Shown: piece after piece, positions 1 through 11,421 of the stretch
Numbering within the stretch: position 1 is the stretch's first letter
Layout: each line of letters opens with the position of its first letter
Assembly (NCBI GenBank): GCA_002269645.1
Contig: NIVC01001476.1
Coordinates: 191,880-255,879 of the forward strand
DNA length: 64,000 nt
Origin: Macrostomum lignano
Lineage: Eukaryota
Direction of reading: 5' to 3'
Position numbers and translations under genes: made by a program
The notes under the pieces: generated by a model
Told to the model about the DNA's origin: nothing
Database searches by the model: none
Seen by the model: the letters and a program-made list of their open reading frames with translations, nothing else

Positions 1-247
1 CATTTGTCGACTATCAGGGCTCTGTGGCTACTTTAGCTAGTGACTCACACCTGTCACTCCTGACTAAAGCTAATTGCGGGAAAGCCTTTGAAAATTGACT
101 CCCAGACGCGGATGCAAAAATATAATTGGGCTTGCATAGTTGAAATATTTTTGCTTGGTCCGTGTAGTTTTGAGGACCCAGTAAGATTTCCGGTTGCGCT
201 TCCGGAGCTTCCAGAAATTCCAGAGCACTCACTCGGGCTCGGCTTAC

Positions 248-3200
248 CTGCACAGGTGGCCAGACCAGACTGGCGCCCTGCTGCTGTAGCAGGATTGGAC
301 TAGCTGGGGCCCCGCTGATCGGTAGCACAGGAACACCACCGGGTAGTCTGCGGGGAGGGGGGTTGGAGGAATAGTGATGACGAAGCCACGCTTAGCTGTG
401 CAGTCTCATTTGGTGAGTGAGTCAGCTGCTTCTTCAGAGACTTTGTTAAGCGTCTAGCATTTGTGCGAGCTTGCTAGGGCGCTTGTTGCTACCGCCCAGT
501 AACCCGGTAAACCTCATTTTTGAATCCTGATCCCGAATCCCGATCCCGAATCCCGAATCCCAATCCCGAATCCCGATCCCGACTCTGAATCCCGACTCTG
601 AATCCCGATCCCGATCTCGAATTCCAAATCCCATCCCAAAAATATCGAATCCCAAATCCCGATCCCGAATCCAAAGCCCAAATCCCGAATTCCGACTCCT
701 GAATCCCGATCCCGATCTCGAAGTCCAAATCCCGATCCCAAATCCCGAATCCCGATCCCGATCCCGATCCCGAATCCCAAATCCCAAATCCCGATCCCGA
801 TCCCGAATACCGAATCCCGAATCCCGATCCCGATCCCGAATCCCCATCCCGATCCCAAATCCCCATCTCGATCTCGAATCCCAATTCCAATCCCGAATCC
901 CGAATCCCGAATCCCGATCCCGAATCCCAAATCCCAAATCCCGATCCCGATCCCGATCCCGATCCCGAATCCTGAGTCAATTGTTGAATTGTAGTTAAAC
1001 GCGCAGAAGCAGCTGTCGCTCACCCCACAGGCTCTCGTCCAGACAGAGTCGACGCAAAACAGTAAAAAAGGGACCGACAAGCTTTTCAGAGGCTTCAAAA
1101 TCGCCGTCGGTTGAAGCTCTGCGGCACAGGCCGCCCGCCATCGCGTCGCAATTCTCAAACTGCTGGGTGAGCCTTTAAAATTCGGAAAATAGCTGCTTTT
1201 AGTGCGGCTTTCGTCATTTTGACATGGTTGTTGTGTATTGGGGGTGGCTGTTGTGTTTTGGGGGGGGGGTGGGTTTTGTTTATTGCGGGTGGGTGTTGTG
1301 TTTTGGGGTGGTTGCTGTTTATTGGGGAGGCTGTTGTGTTTAGGGTGGTTGTTGTGTTTTGGGGTGGGTGTTGTGTTTTGGGGAGGCTGTTGTGTTTGGG
1401 GTGGTTGCTGTGCTTTGGGGTGGGTGTTGTGTTTTGAGGAGGCTGTTGTGTTTGGGGAGTCTGTTGTGTTTTGGGGTGGATATTGTGTCTAGGGTGGGTA
1501 TTGTGTTTGGGGTTGGTATTGTGTTTTTTTGGGGCCGTAGCCCAGCGGTAGCGCAGCTGCTCTGGTGTGCCAGCGACCCAGGCTCGATTCCAAGTGCAGT
1601 CACATTAATTTGGGGCTGAATTGGAATCTCGGCTTGGCTCTGCTCGTGCAATTAACGGCCTTGAGAGCCAACCCCCCAAGGCGCAGTGAAGTGTACATGC
1701 CTAACGATAATATAAAGTTAGGGCCGCTGTACACTCCTGTGTGAGTGTGTGCCTGCGTACGTATCCGCGCGCTTGTATGCCTGCTCAGGGGAGTCGGCGG
1801 AATGGGCAGCAATGCCTCTCGCCGGTTGTGTGCCTATGTCGCTTAAAGTGCACACAACCCCCCTGCCTCTAATAAAAAAATTTGTGTTTCGGGGTGGGTA
1901 TTGTGTTTTGGGGGTGGGTATTGTGTCTGGGGTGGGTATTGTGTTTGGGGTGGTTGTTGTTTATTGGGGGTTGGTGTTGTGTTTTGATGTCGTTGTTGTG
2001 TATTGGGGTGGTTTTCGTGTTTTTGGGTGTGTGTTGTGTTTTGGGGGTGTTGTACCAAACAAAAATCAAGCAGCCAGTAGGCGCCTGACCTGCAGGCAGT
2101 CTGCATCTCGATGGGGTGCAGGCTGCCCGCGAACAGCGGAATCGAGCCGGCCGTCATCAGTCGCAGCCGGTCGCTCACCCGCCGCCTGCACAGCGCCGCT
2201 TTTTTGACGTCGGCCTCAAAGCACACCGGTAGGGTGGGTGGTATTTTGCCTGTAATCAGAGTGGAGATTGGGATTTTGGGATCGGGATTTTGGGATCGGG
2301 ATTTCGGAATCGGGATTTTGGGATCGGGATTTTGGGATCGGGATTTTGGGATCGGGATTTTGGGATCGGGATTTTGGGATCGGGATTTTGGGATCGGGAT
2401 TTTGGGATCGGGATTTTGGGATCGGGATTTTGGGATCGGGATTTCGAGATCGGGATTTCGGAATCGGAATTTCGGGATCGAGATTTGAATTTTTGGATCG
2501 AGATTTCGGGATCCGGATTTTGGGATCGGGATTTCGGGATAGGGATTTTGGGATCGGGATTTCGGGATCGGGATTTTGGGATCGGTATTTTGGTATTTTA
2601 ATTTCGGGATCTGAATTTTGGGATTTGAATTTTGGGATCAGGATTTGAATTTTGTTATCGGAATTTCGAGATCGGGGTTTGAATTTTTGGATCGGAATTT
2701 CGGGATCGGGATTTCGAAGTCGGGATTCAGGATTCGAATTTGGGATCAGCATTCGGGTCTTGGGATTCTTAAACAAGAGAATAAAAAAACATTACAAAGC
2801 CTAAATCCAATAGTTCGCCTACTTGTTGATGCTAAGATTCGCGCCTTAAGCAAGCAGTTTTATCCTTACTCAGAGAGTTTGGATATTTAGCAGGAAAAAT
2901 GATGCCAAGGATTACTTTTTTCAGGTGCGCAGTTCCCTGTTGCGGTGAAAATTATACCGTAGGCTCTATTGCTTTTCTGACTGCCTTTCTTGGTGCAGAC
3001 GGCAGTTCCACTTCAGATGGAAGCCTGTCCGCCTACGGTAAACATACGGCACACGGGGAACGGGATCCACTTTAGGAGTGCTGGTGGCTGCATGAATTCG
3101 AATATTCGATTCCATGGGGCAAATTCAGGACGATGAATTTAGGAATTCTGCAGATAGCTGGATAGCACAACTTCTTGGCTTCGGCATGCTACAATCATTG

Positions 3201-6200
3201 GAAAATCTTTTTTCACAACGCAGATATTGCGCGGCATTTGGCGTTGCAGTCGAATGGAGCAGAGTTTCATTTTGGCTGCCATTTTGCAGTAGCAAAATAA
3301 GAGAAAACAAATCTTTTAATATAGGAGCTAAAATAATCATCGTAAATAATAAATATAATTACATAAACCAATACTAAATATTAATCTAGTAAATACTGGT
3401 GTCTATGGTATTCACTAAAATATCACAATATGGAATGTATAGCGATTGTAACAGTCACTATAGAATTTGTGACAGTCACTATAGAGATTGTGACAGTCAA
3501 TATAGAGATTGTGACAGTCACTATAGAGATTGTGACAGTCACTATAGAGATTGTGACAGTCACTATAGAGATTGTGATAGTCACTATAGAGATTGTGACA
3601 GTCACTATAGAGATTGTGACAGTCAATATAGAGATTGTGACAGTCACTATAGAGATTGTGACAGTCACTATAGAGATTGTGACAGTCACTATAGAGATTG
3701 TGACAGTCACTATAGAGATTGTGACAGTCACTATAGAGATTGTGACAGTCACTATAGAGATTGTGACAGTCAATATAGAGATTGTGACAGTCAATATAGA
3801 GATTGTGACAGTCACTATAGAGATTGTGACAGTCAATATAGAGATTGTGACAGTCACTATAGAACTGGAATTAGCAAAGCAGTAAAAAGCAGCATAGCAA
3901 CACGGGCTCACCATCTGAAAGACAGTAGACAGTGCACAGAATGTGTAGGGCAGCGTTCAAAGTCCGCATAATCAGTATACGTAGATTTGGTCCTATTTGA
4001 TGAATCTATATGTTAAGAGTTTTCTTATTACAGAAATTTTGCAAGCGTTGCTCTTATCAATGCTTTCCGAGCTCCACATGCAGTTCAACTGCCTGAGCCA
4101 ATCAGGAATCCTGATCATCAGTTCTGATTCTTCTTCCTTCTTGTGGGAATAGTTTCAAGCACTAAATAGCAGAATTTACCTAAAGCTAAAATTAGGGAGT
4201 CGTTGGTGTGTTTAAAACCGGTTGATGTGTTTAAAACCTGTTGGTGTGTTTAAAACCTGTTGGTGTGTTTAAAACCTGTTGGTGTGTTTAAAACCGGTTG
4301 GTGTGTTTAAAACCTGTTGGTGTGTTTAAAACCTGTTGGTGTGTTTAAAATCGGCTGGTGTGCTTAAAACCTGTTGGTGCGTTTAAAACCGGCTGGTGTG
4401 TTTAAAACCCGCTGGTGTGTTTAAAACCTGTTGGTGTGCTTAAAACCGGTTGGTGTGTTTAAAACCTGTTGGTGTGTTTAAAACCGGTTGGTGTGTTTAA
4501 AACCGGTTGGTGTGTTTAAAACCTGTTGGTGTGTTTAAAATCGGCTGGTGTGTTTAAAACCCGCTGGTGTGTTTAAAACCTGTTGGTGTGTTTAAAACCG
4601 TTAATGTGTTTAAAACCTGTTTGTGTGTTTAAAATCGGCTGGTGTGCTTAAAACCTGTTGGTGCGTTTAAAACCGGCTGGTGTGTTTAAAACCGGCTAGT
4701 GTGTTTAAAACCGGTTGGTGTGTTTAAAACCGGTTGATGTGTTTAAAACCTGTTGGTGTGTTTAAAACCTGTTGGTGTGTTTAAAACCGGCTGGTGTGTT
4801 TAAAACCTGTTGGTGTGTTTAAAACCGGCTGGTGTGTTTAAAACCTGTTGGTGTGTTTAAAACCGGTTGGTGTGTTTAAAACCTGTTGGTGTGTTTAAAA
4901 CCGGTTGGTGTTTTTAAAACCGGTTGATGTGTTTAAAACCTGTTGGTGTGTTTAAAACCTTTTTGTGTGTTTGAAAACCGTTGGTGTGTTTAAAACCTGT
5001 TTGTGTGTTTAAAATCGGCTGGTGTGCTTAAAACCTGTTGGTGCGTTTAAAACCGGCTGGTGTGTTTAAAACCGGCTGGTGTGTTTAAAACCTGTTGATG
5101 TGTTTAAAACCTGTTGGTGTGTTTAAAACCTGTTGGTGTGTTTAAAACCGGCTGGTGTGTTTAAAACCTGTTGGTGTGTTTAAAACCGGTTGGTGTGTTT
5201 AAAATCGGCTGGTGTGCTTAAAACCTGTTGGTGCGTTTAAAACCGGCTGGTGTGTTTAAAACCGGTTGATGTGTTTAAAACCTGTTGGTGTGTTTAAAAC
5301 CTGTTGGTGTGTTTAAAAACCGTTGGTGTGTTTAAAACCTGTTTGTGTGTTTAAAATCGGCTGGTGTGCTTAAAACCTGTTGGTGCGTTTAAAACCGGCT
5401 GGTGTGTTTAAAACCGGTTGATGTGTTCAAAACCTGTTGGTGTGTTTAAAACCTGTTGGTGTGTTTAAAAACCGTTGATGTGTTTAAAACCGGTTGGTGT
5501 GTTTAAAATCGGCTGGTGTGCTTAAAACCTGTTGGTGCGTTTAAAACCGGCTGGTGTGTTTAAAACCGGTTGATGTGTTTAAAACCTGTTGGTGTGTTTA
5601 AAACCTGTTGGTGTGTTTAAAAACCGTTGGTGTGTTTAGAACCTGTTTGTGTGTTTAAAATCGGCTGGTGTGCTTAAAACCTGTTGGTGCGTTTAAAACC
5701 GGCTGGTGTGTTTAAAACCGGTTGATGTGTTTAAAACCTGTTGGTGTGTTTAAAACCTGTTGGTGTGTTTAAAAACCGTTGGTGTGTTTAAAACCTGTTT
5801 GTGTGTTTAAAATCGGCTGGTGTGCTTAAAACCTGTTGGTGCGTTTAAAACCGGCTGGTGTGTTTAAAACCGGCTGGTGTGTTTAAAACCGGTTGATGTG
5901 TTTAAAACCTGTTGGTGTGTTTAAAACCTGTTGGTGTGTTTAAAAACCGTTGGTGTGTTTAAAACCTGTTGGTGTGTTTAAAACCTGTTGGTGTGTTTAA
6001 AACCTGTTGGTGTGTTTAAAACCGGCTGGTGTGTTCAAGACTGCTCAATCGATGCACCATCCATTGGTTCAGCAAAGAATCAAGAACAAAGCCAAAGTGA
6101 ACTTCCGCTCGCAACCGGAAGTCAGAGCTGCATTAATATTTTTACAAATTAGCAAACAATGTCGAGTGAGGTTTTGTCACAGCCGCAGCCACACGGGTCT

Positions 6201-7974
6201 GAGCAAGGCTCTGCACAGACTGGTGAAGTCCCAGCGCAGCATGCATACTCGGTAGGCCATGCCCTGGTTCAGCAGCGGCTCCTTGGTGTGCACAGACCGG
6301 CAGTGCGCCGTCAGCAGGCTGTAGGGCGCCCCGGAAGGCGCTAAGGCGATTCGCTTCCGGCGAAGAAGCCGCCGAGCTCGCGCAGCGGCCAGGGCGCAGC
6401 AGGCGGCCAGGAGGGAGGCGGCAACTCCGGCTGTAGCGGCCGCCGCGCCAACCATTGCCAAATGAGGGGCCGCCGGCAGAGACCGCGGAGAGTTGTCACT
6501 GCCGGCGTCAACGAGCGGCTGCGGCAATTCGACTCCAAAGCGGGACAGACAGCAGCCGTCGTCTGCAACTCGCAGTTTCAACCGTCTGAAGGCCTTGTCT
6601 AGGGAAGCTGGCCGATCGCCCCACCGGCTGGCGCAGTCGGCCGACGGTGCCGAAGACAAGGACAGACGTTGCGGAAGCGCCGCTCTTCGCGAGAAGGTCA
6701 CGTGACACTGAGGCTGCAGCTTGGAATACGGGACCATGGAAATTACCTCGGTGTTGTTCCTGTGGTATGGATAGTGCAATTTCATCGAGTTCGATGAGTC
6801 ACGATGGCAAGTAAAATGGGGGGGGGTAGAGCAGCTCAGCGGTAAATGCATCTGACTCTCGCGCCACGGGAGATCTGGTTCGATTCCGCAAACACATCAG
6901 AGTCAAACCCATAAGGCACAGAGAGTGTACATGCCTGACGATTTAGAAAGTCAGAAAGTTACCGTAGAAAGTTAGAAAGCTCGTTTCTGCCCGATGCGGC
7001 CCATCCATATTAGTGTTATAGTTAGCGGGCGTGAAACCGCGTTTCACGGGCCGCTGAGACTGTCTATGGTAAAATCCCATTTACTCCAATGCATTCAGTC
7101 GGTTTCACGGGCCGCTGAAAATGTCTATGGCAAAGTCAGAAGAAAGCGGGGTCAAGGGGGCGCTGAGCCCCCACATTAGCACACCAGCACACAAGACAAA
7201 GAAAGAAATAATAAAATCCTAAAATTGTCTATGGCCAAAACTCCTTATTTTGCGAATTGAAAAAATAGTAACTGATACTAAGAATTATTAAGCAGCACTA
7301 AGCTTTACTTTTAAAATATACAAGTTGTAGAAACATTAACTAGATACTTATATGCATACGAGTTTTTTTACTTATTGAAGTTGGCCACAGATTATTGCAG
7401 CGGGCGGGATGCCGTGCGTTTCTCCCCGTTTCAACACGCCTAGGCTAACTATAATTGTTATTAAAGTCAACTTGTGCCGCATCTCTAAAATCTAAAATGG
7501 AATCAAGGCACAAGCCCAGGGGTTCGAGTTACTGCTGGGCTGCTGTGCCCATCTTTGAGTGTCTTACCTGTACATCAGAGGCTTTAGATGAACCTTGTAG
7601 GCCTCCAGACTATCCCGAAGTCCTGGTGGCATCGGCACCTTCAGCAGAGTGAAGCTCGCATTCGGCGACCCTGCAGCAGCAAAGTGCTGAGCGAACTCCC
7701 AGCTGACATTCATCGGTCCAACATTTCTGGCCGCACCGCTGCCGATCAGTTTAATCCAGAACACCCCGATCGCTTGGTGATTGGGCACGCTAGAGAAAGC
7801 CACAGCCAAACAGTCCGACGAAGTCGAATACTCGGCTAGCAACCGGGTCGTCCAGGTGCGAATCGCCCGCTCTTCGGGACTACCGTACATGATATTATAG
7901 CATTGCACACCGGCTAGAGTGGGCCAAAGCCATGCTAGCAGAATTGCGGAGGAAACAAGCTTGCTGCTGCTCAT
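248..7974 (-). CDS. Multi-exon type I transmembrane receptor-like gene; cytoplasmic part tentatively SEFIR/TIR-like
   Basis: Exon 7974-7568 starts with a signal peptide (MSSSKLVSSAILLAWLWPTLAG) and ends AG|GTAAGA. It splices in phase to 6759-6181, which carries a TM helix (MVGAAAATAGVAASLLAACCALAAA) followed by RARRLLRRKR. A probable next exon starts at 6127 (SDFRLRAEVHFGFVLDSLLNQWMVHRL). Exons 2249-2090, 1172-1024 and 395-248 are phase-compatible GT-AG exons. Exons between about 6030 and 2870 could not be resolved, so joining the two groups into one gene is inferred. Confidence 0.6.
528..972. repeat. Degenerate hexamer satellite (GATCCC/GAATCC)
   Basis: Direct inspection; it produces the spurious ORFs 446-937, 489-980 and 514-1158. 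Confidence 0.95.
1222..2050. repeat. GT-rich ~18-mer minisatellite (TGTGTTTTGGGGTGGG...), split by a SINE at about 1531-1860
   Basis: The array is present at 1222-1530 and resumes at about 1880-2050. Confidence 0.9.
1531..1860 (+). mobile_element. tRNA-derived SINE (family A)
   Basis: A-box-like TAGCCCAGCGG, B-box-like GGCTCGATTCC, then the family core GTGTACATGCCTAACGATAATATAAAGTTAGGGCCGCTGTACACTCCTGTGTGAG. Confidence 0.7.
2265..2765. repeat. 14-mer satellite TTTTGGGATCGGGA (reverse orientation of the GATCCC family at 528-972)
   Basis: Direct inspection. Confidence 0.95.
3449..3862. repeat. 21-mer minisatellite ATAGAGATTGTGACAGTCACT
   Basis: Direct inspection; 7-aa periodicity in ORFs 3399-3971 and 3430-3885. 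Confidence 0.97.
4200..6035. repeat. 19-mer satellite GGTGTGTTTAAAACCTGTT
   Basis: About 1.8 kb tandem array, direct inspection. Confidence 0.97.
6818..6965 (+). mobile_element. tRNA-derived SINE (family A), partial
   Basis: GCAGCTCAGCGGTAAA...GGTTCGATTCCGC head plus GTGTACATGCCTGACGATTTAGAAAGTCAG core. Confidence 0.7.
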
Positions 7975-8553
7975 CGCGGGTCAAGCCGCAGTCTTAGACT
8001 CTGGTGTTTGTTTCTAGTGCTGTATTTATTGTTGCCTTTGCTATGGCTGCTTTTACACATAGCTTTGGCTCAGGCGTTACGGTAGCGCGTTTGAGCAGGA
8101 GGAGAGAGGACAGAAACCCTGAGTGCAAGGCACAGTTATTGTTCACCCCAGCAACTACTAGGCAGGCTTTGCTTTATTTGAGTGTACATTGCGTTTGAAA
8201 GCTTAACTGTCGTATTACAGAGTGCTTCAACCTGCAGCTTGTTTAAAATGCTGTAAGACTAAGACTGAGAGATGCTAGCAAACCTTGAGAGCGCGGACCC
8301 TGTGAATAGTAGCTGATTTATAAGGCTCCGTACTCGTAATTAGGTAGCTCGTTGGCTTACTCGTATTTTTAATTTTTCAAAAATCTGAGAAATCTGTAAG
8401 CTATTGCGTTGCAACGAGCAAATTTGTCTTGAGCAATAAAAGAAACAGAGATTACTGTGAATTATAAGTACACTCTATGGGCCACTCCATGCAGGACGCG
8501 GGGAGGTGTACGAGCGTATAGTACGAGTACGAGTATCATAGTACGAGTCGTAT

Positions 8554-9070
8554 CAGGGGCGTCGCCATGGATTTTATGGTGGGGGGGGGGACAAAGCCAA
8601 GAATTCAACACTTACATGTACATGACTAAATTCCTAGATTTCCATTATTTTCAGAATCGTGTTGTCAGCACTCATTTTGGCGCCGCAGGCACTCCTTTTG
8701 GCGCCATAGGTACTCATTTTGGCGCCGCAGGCACTCCTTTTGACGCCGCAGGCACTCCTTTTGGCGCCATAGGTACTCATTTTAACGCTGCAGGCACTCA
8801 TTTTAGCGCCACAGGCACTCATTTTGGCGCCGCAGGCACTCCTTTTGACGCCGCAGGCCCTCCTTTAGGCGCCGCAGGCACTCATTTTAGCGCAACAGGC
8901 ACTCATTTTGGCGCTGAAGGCGCTATATTTTGGCGCCCTGAAGAAAAATTATTGATTGCCACAACGAGTCACAAGGTGGGGTGGGGGGACAAAGCTTTGG
9001 CATGTTTCCCCCATAGCTTTTACTGAAAGGGACATGCCCCCCCTGCCCCCCCTCGGTGGCGACGCGCCTG
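8554..9070. mobile_element. Non-autonomous hAT-like element (MITE) with an internal 21-mer minisatellite
   Basis: Termini CAGGGGCGTCGCCA / TGGCGACGCGCCTG; perfect 8-bp TSD AGTCGTAT (8546-8553 and 9071-9078); GGCACTCATTTTGGCGCCGCA array at about 8670-8925. Confidence 0.85.
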
Positions 9071-9635
9071 AGTCGTATTATTGGTCAGGATATAAGACAC
9101 GTACAATGGCCATGTACATTGTATGTTGAACAGTTAGTATTTTTAGTAGTTATTTTTTCCCGTAGACCTTGCATGAAGGCGTGTTTTTTTCGTCCGAAAT
9201 GGATCAGGTGTCCAAAACCACAAGAAGTTCTCATACTCTAGATGGCAATTTTCAACAAGAAATTCTTGCCTTTGACACCATCGCAAAAGAGGTTAAAATG
9301 ACTGTTTTTAGCTTAGGTCGTCCGTAATTAGTTTTGCTTCGAGTTATGAATTTTAAGAACGCTTGTCCACATGACCATAAATGTAGTTTGAAATGAAATG
9401 CCATGTTCAATAAAAAACAGAGAAATATCATTTCGTTATACACTTTTATACATGTACTTAATGCTCAATCATAAAATCGAGGTTTACCAATCAGGCACAT
9501 TTCTTGATTTCGAGGTGGCTCATTATGAAGAAATTGTGCATTACACATTTGTGCCAAATCAGTACTTGTCAGTAAACTTGTACGACTACTGTACAAATAT
9601 TTTGTTTAATTAATTAATGAACTTTGCCCATAAAA

Positions 9636-10055
9636 GATTCGCCCGCCGAGATTTGCCCGCCGAGCTTTTCCCGCAAGCCGCAATGCTTAGTAAGTCTTAA
9701 TAAAGAGATTTACCCGATCAAAACGTTTCGATGGTAACTGCATAGATATCAAATGCATATTTTGCTTGTAGGTTTAATTAATTCGATATGCATACAGCAG
9801 GGGTTACGCATCTGTGAACTATTAATTCATGCATATGTCATCTAGCTTTGTCCTTTAAATCTCTTTATTAAGAATTACTTAGCATATGGAGGCAACGCAG
9901 ACAACATCTGCCGCGTGGCTAAATACGTTGCAGCATTGCGGTCAAACCTCGGCGGGAAAAGCTCGGTGGGCAATTCGCTCGCGGGCAAAATGCACTGCGC
10001 TCAAATCTCGTAGGGGATTCGTCTGCGGGGTAATTCTCACGGACCCATCCGAAAG
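9636..10055. mobile_element. Foldback/MITE remnant with subterminal TTTCCCGC-type repeats
   Basis: GATTCGCCCGCCGAGATTTGCCCGCCGAGCTTTTCCCGC is inverted relative to CGGCGGGAAAAGCTCGGTGGGCAATT; the right end (AATTCTCACGGACCC) resembles that of the 42819-43228 element. Confidence 0.55.
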
Positions 10056-10543
10056 GTTCTAGCGAAATCGCTCTTTAATCGACTTGGCAGCATCAGTTGC
10101 TGAACCAATGCATGCAAAATAGAAGTATACTTTAACGTTCCGGCATATCCTTTTTAATTTTTATGCATTAAAACAAGTTTGTGAGAACAGTACTGCGTAG
10201 ACTGCATATGACAAAGATTTATTTCGCAATTTTACTGAAGTTAAAAAGTTCCAAAATTTTTGCGACTTTTATATACTATTGTTAAAAGCTTATTGCATCA
10301 AAAGTTAAAACTTTGGCTTTACTGCACAATTTCAACTTTGGAATTCCGATTCATTTTTAGATACTGTGATATGATTGATTTGATTGTGCCACTGAAACTT
10401 TTGCCCTACAGTAGTTGTAGTTTGGTTAACATGTTGTAGTAATGATAGCATGTTCAAAATTTTACTACTTAAATTATCCAACTTCACAGTTTATTTAGTC
10501 GCAAGTAGAAAGCAAAAATCAAGCAATATTTATAGTGAATTTT

Positions 10544-10701
10544 CAGGAGCGGATCCAGAATTTTTTTGATAGAGGCCCAGGCAAGCTATACTAAGCACTA
10601 CAACCTAATATTGAAAAATAAACCATGCATAGTTACAGGCCAAAAATTATGGACTAAATTTACCTTTTTGGCCATGCCCCCCCCTCCTGGATCGGCCCCT
10701 G
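10544..10701. mobile_element. 158-bp hAT-like MITE
   Basis: Termini CAGGAGCGGATCCAG / CTGGATCGGCCCCTG; perfect 8-bp TSD TGAATTTT. Confidence 0.85.
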
Positions 10702-11421
10702 TGAATTTTCTTGCATGAATTTTTTTTTCAATTATATCACCGCAACAATTCGTATAGTATTGCATTCATCTACGGTGGTTTCTTTTAACAACCTTATCAA
10801 TCTTTAAAATTGTCTGCAACTTTTTTTCTGAACACTTAAAACTAATGCATTAAATATTTACTGGCAGGAACAAATAAGTACCAAATAATAGCCAATACTG
10901 CGATACATTGTGTTAATTAAATTTTATACATACTAATATTTTTATAATAAAACTGAGTGTAACTTTTCTTTAATTTTAGTACAATATATTTGATAAAGCA
11001 TTTTTTGCTCAACCCTTCTCATTCTTTATTCTTATTAAGGCAAATTTTTTTAGTCATTACACAAATATACTGAACTAATGGTAAATTAATCGAGCACAAT
11101 AGAAAAATAACTAAATTTTGACAATTTGTTATACAAGTGGAGACTGGAAAGTAAATATTTAGAATTTTCTGTTATTGGATCTCAAGCATGCTAGCAGGTG
11201 GCACAATTAATCGCAAATTGTTTTTTAATCTAATACTAAAGTTTAATTTAATTTGATAGCTGTTGATATACTTGATGACTAGCAGTTGCATAGCTGTCTT
11301 TGAGTTTCGTTTTTTCTTTGCTACTTGCTAGATTTTTATATATGCATAGCACACAAGGCATTTTAATACAATAGCTTAAATGTCAAGTCCGAACCTATCG
11401 AACGCTCTGACTTTCAGCGAC

